From a bacterium (lineage in GTDB: Bacteria; Acidobacteriota; Blastocatellia; HR10), in assembly GCA_041640655.1 (NCBI GenBank), contig JBEPZV010000005.1:32001-96000 (forward strand): a stretch of DNA of 64,000 bases. The letters run 5' to 3'. This document shows, piece by piece, positions 33,146 through 42,266 of this stretch. Under the pieces are notes generated by a model that ran no database searches, was not told the origin of the DNA, and saw only the letters and a program-made list of their open reading frames with translations. Numbering within the stretch: the stretch's first letter is position 1; every line of letters starts with the position of its first letter. The position numbers were made by a program, and so were the translations under genes.

Positions 33146-34024
33146 TCATCGGTAGAGAATCCAGAGGACCATAGCGCCATAGAGAAGAATCGTGATCAGT
33201 AGCGGGCGATCCGTCAGCAGCGCCGTCTCCGGATTCCCTCCCTCCTCTTCGCGATACACGAGATACAGATAGCGAAAGATGCCGTACAGGACAAGCGGGA
33301 TCGTATATTTCAACGCATCGGTGTGGAGTCGGGCGATCGTTTCGCTGGAGAGCGTATAGAGCGCGTACGTGACGATGGTCGCAGACGTCACCATGGCGAT
33401 CATCTGATCCAGGAGGGGCGTGTTGTACAGGGCCAGGCTCGCCCGATGCTCGGCGGCCGATTCGTTGAGCGCGAGCAGCTCGTGCCGACGCTTGCTCAAT
33501 CCCAGGAAGAGCGCCAGCAGCAAGGTGCAGATGAAGAACCAGGGCGAGAGGGGGACGGCGACGGCCTCTCCCCCAGCGACGGCACGCAAGACGAATCCGG
33601 CAGCGATGGCGAAGACATCGAGGATCACGATCCGCTTCATCCAGAGGGAATAGGTGATCTGCAGCAACACGTAGCTGAGCGCTGTGATCCCGAAGGCCGC
33701 ACTGAGCCGGAACGCGAGCGCGAGCGCGACCAACAGGACAAGTGCGCACACCCTTGCGGCGAGGCGCGGTGAGAGCGCCCCGGACGCCAGCGGTCGGTGC
33801 GCCTTTCGCGGATGAAGGCGATCCCGCTCGATGTCGCGCAGGTCGTTGAACACGTATATGCCTCCGGAGAGCAGGCAGAAGATCGCGAAGGCGGCCACGG
33901 CTCGGAGCGCGCGCTCCACCTCCAGCAGATGCTGCGAGAAGACGAGAGGGGCGAAGAGGATGAGGTTCTTCGTCCAGTGGTGCGGACGAAACGAGCGCCA
34001 AAGCAGTCGCAGCGTCTCGCGCAT
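33146..34024 (-). CDS. UbiA-family decaprenyl-phosphate phosphoribosyltransferase (DPPR synthase-like)
   Basis: RPHHWTKN, YVFNDLRDIERDRLHPRKAHRPLASG, ILDVFAIAAGFVLR, KRRHEL, GIFRY. The ATG overlaps the upstream stop (TGATG). Confidence 0.88.
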   Translation of the reverse strand: MRETLRLLWRSFRPHHWTKNLILFAPLVFSQHLLEVERALRAVAAFAIFCLLSGGIYVFNDLRDIERDRLHPRKAHRPLASGALSPRLAARVCALVLLVALALAFRLSAAFGITALSYVLLQITYSLWMKRIVILDVFAIAAGFVLRAVAGGEAVAVPLSPWFFICTLLLALFLGLSKRRHELLALNESAAEHRASLALYNTPLLDQMIAMVTSATIVTYALYTLSSETIARLHTDALKYTIPLVLYGIFRYLYLVYREEEGGNPETALLTDRPLLITILLYGAMVLWILYR

Positions 34025-36300
34025 CAGAAGAGCCACTGCCAGAAGATGAAGGCCCGCCACGTCCGTTGCGTGAGCGTATCCCGCCAGTAACGCGCTTCCA
34101 CACCGAGGCGCGAACGGGTCCCTATCCACGAAGCGAGCCGAGCGGCGGCTTCCTGCGCCCAGTAGCGGGCCGTGGCCTCATCCGACAGCCAAGCGTAGCC
34201 ATAGCGGAGCTCGTAGGACCATCGCGGACGGGCCTCTTGCTTGAGGGCGATGTAGGGCATCACGGTCCGAATCGTCAGCGTGTTGTATCGAAGCGCATCG
34301 CGGGCGTACCAGTCTCGAAAGTACGATGTCCCGAGTTCCACCACACGAAGAGCGCGGGGCCGGTAGCTCATCAGGGCGCGCGCGGACCATTGCCAGTTTC
34401 GATCCTGATACCAGGTGCGCGCGAGGTCGGCGCGAAGCGACCATTCCGGGTGTGGTTCCCAGCGCGCCGCGAGGAAGGCCTGATGAACGCGCAGAAAGTC
34501 CAGCGTGTTCTCCGGTTTCAAAAAACGCGCCTGGAGGGGGATCAGGCGATAGCCCACGATCGCGGCCTTCCGGGCGTCCTCATAGCGCAGGAAGGCGTGG
34601 ACGGCATGCGTGCGATTCCCATCCGAGTATCGCGCGAACGCATATTCCGTTCGCGTCGAGAGCGTGGGGGAGAGGCGTCGGTCATAGGCAGCCCCTACAC
34701 GGTTCTCGACGAAGATCCCGAATCGCACGTCGGCGGCGAAGCTCCGTCCCAGAAAAGGACCCCGACGGAAGTCAACAGCGAAGCGGTCATTCGGGGCGCT
34801 CCAAGAGAGATTCGCAGCGAGGGTGAGGAAGTCCTCCTCTGGGACCGATCCCGTCGCGTTATTTTGAAAGAGAGAGGCCCCGATCTCACCGGTGAGCGAC
34901 CAGCGCGGAGAGAGCTGGCCTTCCAGCCCGAGAGCGGGCGTCCAGATGGTGAAGTCGTAGATGTCGAAGCCGCCCGATCGGTTCACGACCTGATCCCGAG
35001 CCCCTCGGAAGCTTCCGTGAAGGGCCCACGTCTCGCCCAAGGGGTAACGCGCGCGCACCGTGGCGTGTTCGAGGCGATATCGAATGCGCGTCACCGGGAT
35101 CTCGAAGATGCGATCGGCGCGTCCCTCCAGGACGTCGGTCTCCTGGCGCTCATAGGACAGCTCGAGCGTCGGGTGAAGGAGGGGCTGCAGCCGCCAATAT
35201 CCCGCCAGGGCAGTCTCCTCTTGGGGAGCGCGTTCGAGTGCGCGTTGGTATTCCTGCAGGGCTTCGCGCCGCTGGCCGCGTCGCTCCAGGAGTTGACCGC
35301 GAAGCGCCGCGACTTCCGGATGCGTGGGATCGAGCGCGCGCGCGCGATCGAGCCACTGTTCCGCCTGCGAGAGGTCTTCTCGCGCGAGGGCGATGCGGGC
35401 CAGGCCGAGCAGAGCTTCCACATGTCGGGGCTGCAGGCGCAGCGCTTGTCGAAAAGCGTCCTCCGCGGCGCGCAAGTCCCCTCGCCATCGGCAGAGCGTT
35501 CCGATCCAGAAGTACGCCTCCGCATCTTGTGGCTGCCGATCCGCCACCTGCCGGTAGAGTTCCAGCGCGCGCTCCACCTTCCCCGAGCGGCGATATGCGT
35601 CGGCCAGAGCGCGAAGGAGCGCCACATCCTGAGGGGCTTGAGCCGTCGCGCGCGTATAGGCCGCGATGGCGTCTCGCACGCGCCCCTGAGCCATGCGCAG
35701 ATCTCCCAACCACCGATCGCGCCCGGGCACTTCCGGGTGCTCCTGGAGCCATGCTTCGGCCTCCTGAAAGCGCCGGGTGCGCAGAAGTACCGATATCCAG
35801 AGTTCGATGGCTTCCTCACTCTGAGGAGCGGCAGCCAGCGCAACGCGCACGTCGGCCTCGGCGTCTGCCCATCGCTCCATGTGAAGGAAAACACGGGCGC
35901 GTCCCAAGCGCGCATCCACATGCTGCGGGGCTTGTGCGAGCACGCGGCCATAGGCGGCCAGCGCATCCTCCACGTCCCCCTTCCATCGGTGCAGCGTAGC
36001 GATCCAGAAGGTGGCCTCCAGGTCATCGGGAACGCGAGCCAACACGGCTTGATAATGCGCGAGCGCTTCATCCCATCGTCCTTGTCGGCGAGCGACCTCC
36101 CCCAAGAGGCGCCAAACATCCGGGTCTTGCGGATACGCGGCCTTCAGCTCGTGCAAGCGTCGCGCTGCTTCCTCCAACTCCCCGCGCTCGATGAGCTGCC
36201 GGATGGGCTCCAGTGGAGCTTGCGATACCCCGTGGGCGAAGGCACCGTCACCGTTCATCGCTCGGCCTATGAGCAGAAGAATCAGCAGGACGCCACTCAT
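34024..36300 (-). CDS. TPR-repeat outer-membrane beta-barrel protein (PgaA/BcsC/YaiO-like exporter)
   Basis: Signal peptide; ~350 aa of TPR repeats; C-terminal amphipathic beta strands rich in Y/W/R ending in WQWLF. Confidence 0.75.
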   Translation of the reverse strand: MSGVLLILLLIGRAMNGDGAFAHGVSQAPLEPIRQLIERGELEEAARRLHELKAAYPQDPDVWRLLGEVARRQGRWDEALAHYQAVLARVPDDLEATFWIATLHRWKGDVEDALAAYGRVLAQAPQHVDARLGRARVFLHMERWADAEADVRVALAAAPQSEEAIELWISVLLRTRRFQEAEAWLQEHPEVPGRDRWLGDLRMAQGRVRDAIAAYTRATAQAPQDVALLRALADAYRRSGKVERALELYRQVADRQPQDAEAYFWIGTLCRWRGDLRAAEDAFRQALRLQPRHVEALLGLARIALAREDLSQAEQWLDRARALDPTHPEVAALRGQLLERRGQRREALQEYQRALERAPQEETALAGYWRLQPLLHPTLELSYERQETDVLEGRADRIFEIPVTRIRYRLEHATVRARYPLGETWALHGSFRGARDQVVNRSGGFDIYDFTIWTPALGLEGQLSPRWSLTGEIGASLFQNNATGSVPEEDFLTLAANLSWSAPNDRFAVDFRRGPFLGRSFAADVRFGIFVENRVGAAYDRRLSPTLSTRTEYAFARYSDGNRTHAVHAFLRYEDARKAAIVGYRLIPLQARFLKPENTLDFLRVHQAFLAARWEPHPEWSLRADLARTWYQDRNWQWSARALMSYRPRALRVVELGTSYFRDWYARDALRYNTLTIRTVMPYIALKQEARPRWSYELRYGYAWLSDEATARYWAQEAAARLASWIGTRSRLGVEARYWRDTLTQRTWRAFIFWQWLF

Positions 36301-38942
36301 GTCCCCTCCCTCACTAAACGAAAATCCCTCACGATGATCTCTCCCGTCCCGATGCGCTCATCCGGGTCGTCATCAATGACCAGATGAACCGTTCGGACAT
36401 CGGCGAGGGTGAAGCCTTTGGTCTTCCACTCCGGCCGGGTGAGATCCACGCGCACCGTCTGCCAGCCCGGGGACAGCGCCCGAAGGGAGAGTCGAAATCG
36501 GGCGTACTGCTTCGGATCGAGATTCTTCAGGTAGACGAAGAGCAGATCCGGTGCCCCTGAGGAGAAGAGGCGAAATTCCAGCCAGCGAGCCGTGGTCCAA
36601 TCGGTGAGCTCAACACCGGCCAGAATCTCGCCATAGTCATTTTCGCGCGTTGTGAATCGCCAGCTCATGCGGACGCCTCCTTCGGCCGGACCGCGCATGA
36701 GCGCGCATCCGCTGACTTCGAGATATACCTGCCACGCCAAGGGATCGTTCAATTCGGGGAAGGCGTGCGTCGGCTCCCCGTCAGGCCATGCGGCGGGCGC
36801 GCCGGAGGCTTCCGCATGAAAGCGTGGACGCAGAAGCGCCACCGTCGGCCCCCACGTCCGCACGACCTCGAAATCTTCGGGATGCGTGCGAATCCACTCG
36901 CGGACCGGGTAGGGTGCGTCGTATGTCGGCGGATCGTAGAAGAAGACATAATCCACCTTCTGCTCGGTGAGCAATCGCCGCCACTGCGCGTAGGTCGTCG
37001 CGCGCGGCAGATGGGCGAGCTTCACGAATTCCCAGGTCGGGATGTGAACGAGCCGGTTCGTATGGTCCCATCCGTAGAGCAGCGCGGCGAAATCCGGCAC
37101 AGTATATGCGATCGTGCGGTGCCGAATGTGGTCGGCGATCCAGACCAGAGCATCTATCACGGGGCCGTAATCCTGAATGAGTGGATAGTTGGCGGTTGCT
37201 TCCAGTCCACTTCGATGCGTGCGCAGAAGGCGAGGGATAGTCTGGCCGCATCCCCACGTCCTATTCTCGACCAGATGTCCACCGGTCGCCAGGACGGCGA
37301 AGAGCGCGGCCACGATCGCGAATGCGGTGACGATCGCGCGGCCGGATCGGCTGAGCTCGTTCAGGAGGGCGAGCCATCCGAGGATGGCGATGCCGCAGAC
37401 GGCCAGGATGTAGCGGGGCTCGCGATATGGGTTCAAGATCCACCAGAGCGCGGTGCTGAGCGGCAGCGTCATGAGCGTCCAGAAGAGGAGCCGGTGGCGC
37501 CGTCGCCACGCGCGCGCGAGCATCAGGAGGGTGGCGATCCCCCCCACGGCGAATTGTGGGCCGAAGCCGTTCGACCAGCCGTAATGCACGGGGACGTCCG
37601 CTTCCGGCGGATAAAATCGCGGATCGTCCACATACGCCTCGCGGAATGGGTAGAGGAACCACTGCCACCGGTGCCGGACGAATCGCCGTTCGTGCAGCTC
37701 CGAATGGTGCATGGAGACGGGGCCGTCCAGCACGACCCGCCCGCCGATCTCCACGCGCACGGGATAGACGGGATTCCCGAAAGCGATCGCGTTGCGGATC
37801 ATCCAGAATCCTCCACCCAGCAGCACGCACAGAAGCAGCGTCCCGGTTCGCGGCCACACCCAGCGCAGGTGCTCCCCGATAGGGAATTCCCAGCGGTCCA
37901 CGCCGAAGAGGAAGACAGAGAGCAGCGGGAGCGAGAGGTAGAGGAACGTGAACTTGGTGCCGAGCAGCAATCCGAAGGCGAGCGCGAACAGATGCAGCTC
38001 CAGCGCGCGCCGGGTTTGGAGATGGCGGACGAGGAAGACGAGCGCCGTCAGGAAGAAGGCGGCTGCGATCACATCCACCATCGTCGTCAGGGATTGGAGC
38101 ATGACCAGCGGCGTGAAGACATAGAGCGGCAGCGCCAGCGCGATCCCCTGCCGGAACCCGAATGCGTGCGCGAGACAGCGAACGGCCCATCCCCCCATGA
38201 AGGCGAAGGGGATTTGGACGGTATTCAGATGGACGAAAATCGCCTTGTTCTCTCCGCCGAGGAGATAGATCCACAGCGTGAGCAGTTCCCCCGCCTTCGG
38301 GAAATACGGTTGAATCCACGCGAATGGGAAGGGATCGAGATTATGGTTCTGCGCGTAGGTGAGGACATCGAGCAGATGATAGTTGAGCGAATCCACATCG
38401 TGGGGCGGCACGGCGCGTTCTATGTAGAGGATGAAGCCATACACGGCGGTCGTCAGCACGCCGAGCCCCCATCCTAGGGGTGAGGGTCGCGCGCCGACCG
38501 AAGCGGAAGCGATATGCGCCCTCGCACGCAGCCAATAGCCGAGCCACAGGACGGCGACGACGGCCAGGTTGGTCACGATGAGCGTCGAAGCCGTCAGGTG
38601 ATTGAGGACCCCCAAGGTGATTTGTGAGACGACCATTTGGAGAGAAGTGAGCAGGGCTGCCGCCAGGATCCGATAGGGACTCTCAAGGGGAAGAGCTCCA
38701 GTCCACGACCAATGCGCGGCGAATACAAGCCCCATCAGGATCCAGGGCGTCAGGAGCGGCCATTCCGATGAGGTGAGCGCCACGCGAACGAGCGCGCCCC
38801 CACTCAGCACGGTGAGGCCGAAAAGGACATCTGTAGCTCGAATGAGTGGCTCGCGCCGCCTCGCCTGCTCCGGGAGCTGTTCAGGCCTGGGAGCGCGCGC
38901 TTCTGAAGCGCTTCCACGCTGCAGCGGTCTCCCCACGCTCAT
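36297..38942 (-). CDS. Multi-pass GT-C-like (ArnT/PMT) glycosyltransferase with a C-terminal carbohydrate-binding-like domain
   Basis: Over 12 TMs; first loop PPHDVDSLNYHL; YFPKAGE; GTKFT; EPRY; C-terminal beta-sandwich (DWTTARWLEF...GWQTVRVDL). Confidence 0.65.
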   Translation of the reverse strand: MSVGRPLQRGSASEARAPRPEQLPEQARRREPLIRATDVLFGLTVLSGGALVRVALTSSEWPLLTPWILMGLVFAAHWSWTGALPLESPYRILAAALLTSLQMVVSQITLGVLNHLTASTLIVTNLAVVAVLWLGYWLRARAHIASASVGARPSPLGWGLGVLTTAVYGFILYIERAVPPHDVDSLNYHLLDVLTYAQNHNLDPFPFAWIQPYFPKAGELLTLWIYLLGGENKAIFVHLNTVQIPFAFMGGWAVRCLAHAFGFRQGIALALPLYVFTPLVMLQSLTTMVDVIAAAFFLTALVFLVRHLQTRRALELHLFALAFGLLLGTKFTFLYLSLPLLSVFLFGVDRWEFPIGEHLRWVWPRTGTLLLCVLLGGGFWMIRNAIAFGNPVYPVRVEIGGRVVLDGPVSMHHSELHERRFVRHRWQWFLYPFREAYVDDPRFYPPEADVPVHYGWSNGFGPQFAVGGIATLLMLARAWRRRHRLLFWTLMTLPLSTALWWILNPYREPRYILAVCGIAILGWLALLNELSRSGRAIVTAFAIVAALFAVLATGGHLVENRTWGCGQTIPRLLRTHRSGLEATANYPLIQDYGPVIDALVWIADHIRHRTIAYTVPDFAALLYGWDHTNRLVHIPTWEFVKLAHLPRATTYAQWRRLLTEQKVDYVFFYDPPTYDAPYPVREWIRTHPEDFEVVRTWGPTVALLRPRFHAEASGAPAAWPDGEPTHAFPELNDPLAWQVYLEVSGCALMRGPAEGGVRMSWRFTTRENDYGEILAGVELTDWTTARWLEFRLFSSGAPDLLFVYLKNLDPKQYARFRLSLRALSPGWQTVRVDLTRPEWKTKGFTLADVRTVHLVIDDDPDERIGTGEIIVRDFRLVREGT

Positions 38943-38946
38943 CCCT

Positions 38947-39081
38947 TCATCCTCCCAGCCATTGGCGCAAAACTCCCACCGTATCCTTTGCCAGTGGCCA
39001 GTGCACGACGATGTACACGACGAGCGCTATACCGAGCACAAGAATGATCAGCTGTTCGCTCCATGAGGATCGCGGCCTCAT
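38947..39081 (-). CDS. Unannotated 44-aa single-TM peptide
   Basis: MRPRSSWSEQLIILVLGIALVVYIVVHWPLAKDTVGVLRQWLGG*. The ATG overlaps the HEAT gene stop (ATGA), and its 3' end provides the GGAGG RBS for the next gene. Confidence 0.7.
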   Translation of the reverse strand: MRPRSSWSEQLIILVLGIALVVYIVVHWPLAKDTVGVLRQWLGG

Positions 39082-42000
39082 CCCCGCGCGCTCTCCTGCA
39101 GCAGGCGGCGCACGGCGTCCTGGACCTCAGGGGCTGGGTCTCGTTCTAATGCGTGAAGCACCGTGCGGGGATCCACTGCCCACAGCGTTCGCGCCGCCTC
39201 AATCCGAAGTTGAGGATCTGGATCTCGCAGGGCTTCGAGAAGGATCTGCTGCGCTCCGCTCTCCTTCCTGTTGGCCAGCGCCATGATCGCCGCGCGTCGC
39301 ACCTCGGCATCGGGATTCTTGATCGCCCGTTGGAAGATAGGGATCGCGTGCGGGGATCCGAGAAGCTCCAGCGCACGGAGCAGGCCGAGCAAGATGGGCT
39401 TCTCTTCGGCGGTGAGCGCTAACGAGATTAACGGTTGCGGGTCCTTCTGATGAATCTGTGCGAGCGCGTGGGCGATGGCGTCTCGATAGGGAGCGTCGGC
39501 GATCTTGAGGTGCTCCAGGAGCACGGGTACAGCTTTCGCCTCACCGAGGTGTCCGAGGATCTGAGCGGCCTCGGCGCGAACGCGCTGGTCGGGATCGCGC
39601 AGCGCCTTCAACGCGGCGACACTCACATCAGCGGGACGGCCGATTCGAGCGAGGACGCGCATGGCTTCCGCGCGCACCTGAGCATCGGGATCGCGGGCGA
39701 GCGTCTCCTGAACAAGCTCGAAATGCCGACCATCACCGACGGCCTCAAGGCATCGCAGAGCATACCGACGCGCCTCGCTGTCCTGGCTGTGACGGAGGGT
39801 GTGGACATAGTGTTCGATCATGCGATCAAAGTTGGGGAGTAGCAGGTCTCCCACAGCTTCCACCCGAAAGAATGTCTGGACGCGCCGGATCACCTCCTCC
39901 GATTCATGCTCCAGCACGGCTCGAACGGCTGCCGAGACGGCCGGTTCCCTGATGCGGGCGAGCGCCTGCGGCAGGCGAGCCGTGCTCGGCAGGAGGGCGA
40001 GACCGATCACAGCCCCCGCTTGTACGACGGGAGATGGGTCTTCCAAAAGCTCGGCCAACCGCTCGCTCGCGTCGGGATTGCCCAGCTTGCCCAAAGCGAG
40101 CGCCGCGCGTTGCTTGACCCGTTCGCTCGGATCCCACGTCGCCCTGAGGACCGCCGGAAGGGCTGTCGAATCGCCAATACTGGCGAGGGCATCCAGAGCT
40201 GCCATGCGCACCGATTCCGCGGGGTCGTTCAGAGCTAGGAGCAATGCCTTCACAGCTCTCGGGTCATCTCGCCGGTCCAAGGCGCGCGCGGCGGCTGCGC
40301 GAACGTGGGCGGAGGGATCATGCAGAAACGTGATGAGCGCCTCCAGGGCCGACGCTTCCGCCCGGAGGGCGAGCACGCGCACGATCCCGCGGCGCGCTGT
40401 TTCACCCTGAAGGTCGCGCAGCTCCTCAAGGAGCGTGCGCACGTCCGTCGCCAGGTGGGCGAGCGCCTCCGCCGCCGCCTCTTGCAGGGCTTCGTCGGTC
40501 GTATCCAGAAGCTTCATCACAGGCGTCAAGGGGCCCTGGTATCCCAGGGCTTTGAGACTGCGCACGGCGGCCTGGCGAACCGAAGAGTGCGGATCCCCCA
40601 GCGCCGCGAGCAGGGCCGGGATGACCGATGGGTCCTGGAAGGCGCCGAGCGACGCCGCAGCTTGAGCCCGCACATCGGCGATCGGATCGGTGAGCGCTTC
40701 CCGCAGCGGCTCGACGGCGCGCGGATCCGGGATGCGACGCAGAATGGTGGCTGCCGCTCGGCGAATGAAAGCGTTCGGATCGCGCAATAGCTCCAGGAGC
40801 TGGGGCAGGAAGGCCATCAGGTCAGCGACCTCCATGTTCTCAATCGCCTCGGTGGCCGCCTCCCGTACTACGGCTTCTTCATCCCCCAAGCCTTCGACGA
40901 GCTGAGGGAGAGCCTCCTTCGCCCGCAGCTTCCCCAGCGCCGCGATCGCATGCGCGCGAACGGACCATTCCCGATCCCTCGCGGCTGCTCGCAACGCTTC
41001 GAGAATCCCAGGGGATCGTTCCCCGAGCTCTCCGAGGACTTGGCAGACTTGAGCGCGCACGCGGAAGTCCGGATCGTTCAAGCTGGAGATGAGGGATTCC
41101 CGAATGCCCGCCTTCCCGATCAGGACGAGTTTTCGTCGCGCGGCCGCGCGCTCGACCGCATCCTCGCTCTTGAGGCGCTCCAATTGCATCTGCACATATC
41201 CCAAGCGTTCCAGCACGGCAGCCGTCCGGCGGCGCACATCGGGATCGTCATCGGTCAATGCTCCTTCGAGGAGCTCGCCGACCGTGGGGCCGATCATCTC
41301 CAGCGCTTCGATGGCGCGCGCGCGGACTATCGGATCGGGATCCGCGATGGCCAGCCGCAGCGATTCTAGAGCCTTCTCATCGCCGATCTTCCCCAACGCC
41401 GCCGCCGCCTCCATGCGCACCAGCGCCGAGGGATCCCGCAACGTTCGCTCCAGAAGGGGATTCACGGCCCGTTTGTCCGCGATCCGCGAGAGGGCGCGCG
41501 CGGCCGCCGCTCGCACAGATTCCGCGCGATCCCACAAGCACTGAATGAGGCCCAACACGGCCGCCCGGGATCGAAGCTGACCGAGGATGTCAGCCGCCCA
41601 GGCGCGCAGGTCATCCGAATCGGGATCTCGAAGCGCGTCAATCAGCGGAGCTTCGGCCAGCGGGCCGAACGCGATGAGCGCTTCGGCCACTCGCGGGGAG
41701 ACCCATTTGTCCGGCGCTCTCAATGCCTCGATCAAGGGGGGAATCGCCCGCGGATCGCGGATCATCCCCAGCGCGCGAGCGCAGGCGAGCTTGACGTCCT
41801 CATCCTCGTACGGATCGCGCATGGCCTCGAGCAGAATCGGAACGGCGCGCGCGCTGCCGATCTCTCCCAAGCGTCGCGCGGCTCCGGCTCGAATGCTCCA
41901 TCGCGATGAATGACGCACGTCGTGCAGGTACTGATCCAAAAGACCGAGGTGCTCGTAGAGTTTTTGGAACTTCGCTTGCAGGGAGACGTCCGCCAGCTCT

Positions 42001-42266
42001 ATGCTCTCGTTCAGCAGCCACTCCAGGTGCTTCATCCCGAAGGTCTTCTTGAGCTGCTCGGCCAGCTCCAGCAGGGCGTCTTCGCTCATGTGATCTAATC
42101 CGTTCAGCATGGCGTGATAGCGCCGTCGGAGCCGGGCCAAATGCCACTGCCGCCCTCGCCGCCAGGATTCGCGCACCAGGACGCTCACGATCGCCAGAAT
42201 GAGCCCTCCGGCGATCACCACGATGCTCCAGATCAACCACGTCCGCAGCGATTCCGAAGGGATCAC
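39078..42266 (-). CDS. Membrane-anchored giant HEAT/PBS-lyase repeat protein
   Basis: One N-terminal TM followed by a basic stretch, then ~900 aa of L.D....VR..AA.ALG repeats; the GTG start overlaps the kinase stop. Confidence 0.88.
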   Translation of the reverse strand: MIPSESLRTWLIWSIVVIAGGLILAIVSVLVRESWRRGRQWHLARLRRRYHAMLNGLDHMSEDALLELAEQLKKTFGMKHLEWLLNESIELADVSLQAKFQKLYEHLGLLDQYLHDVRHSSRWSIRAGAARRLGEIGSARAVPILLEAMRDPYEDEDVKLACARALGMIRDPRAIPPLIEALRAPDKWVSPRVAEALIAFGPLAEAPLIDALRDPDSDDLRAWAADILGQLRSRAAVLGLIQCLWDRAESVRAAAARALSRIADKRAVNPLLERTLRDPSALVRMEAAAALGKIGDEKALESLRLAIADPDPIVRARAIEALEMIGPTVGELLEGALTDDDPDVRRRTAAVLERLGYVQMQLERLKSEDAVERAAARRKLVLIGKAGIRESLISSLNDPDFRVRAQVCQVLGELGERSPGILEALRAAARDREWSVRAHAIAALGKLRAKEALPQLVEGLGDEEAVVREAATEAIENMEVADLMAFLPQLLELLRDPNAFIRRAAATILRRIPDPRAVEPLREALTDPIADVRAQAAASLGAFQDPSVIPALLAALGDPHSSVRQAAVRSLKALGYQGPLTPVMKLLDTTDEALQEAAAEALAHLATDVRTLLEELRDLQGETARRGIVRVLALRAEASALEALITFLHDPSAHVRAAAARALDRRDDPRAVKALLLALNDPAESVRMAALDALASIGDSTALPAVLRATWDPSERVKQRAALALGKLGNPDASERLAELLEDPSPVVQAGAVIGLALLPSTARLPQALARIREPAVSAAVRAVLEHESEEVIRRVQTFFRVEAVGDLLLPNFDRMIEHYVHTLRHSQDSEARRYALRCLEAVGDGRHFELVQETLARDPDAQVRAEAMRVLARIGRPADVSVAALKALRDPDQRVRAEAAQILGHLGEAKAVPVLLEHLKIADAPYRDAIAHALAQIHQKDPQPLISLALTAEEKPILLGLLRALELLGSPHAIPIFQRAIKNPDAEVRRAAIMALANRKESGAQQILLEALRDPDPQLRIEAARTLWAVDPRTVLHALERDPAPEVQDAVRRLLQESARG

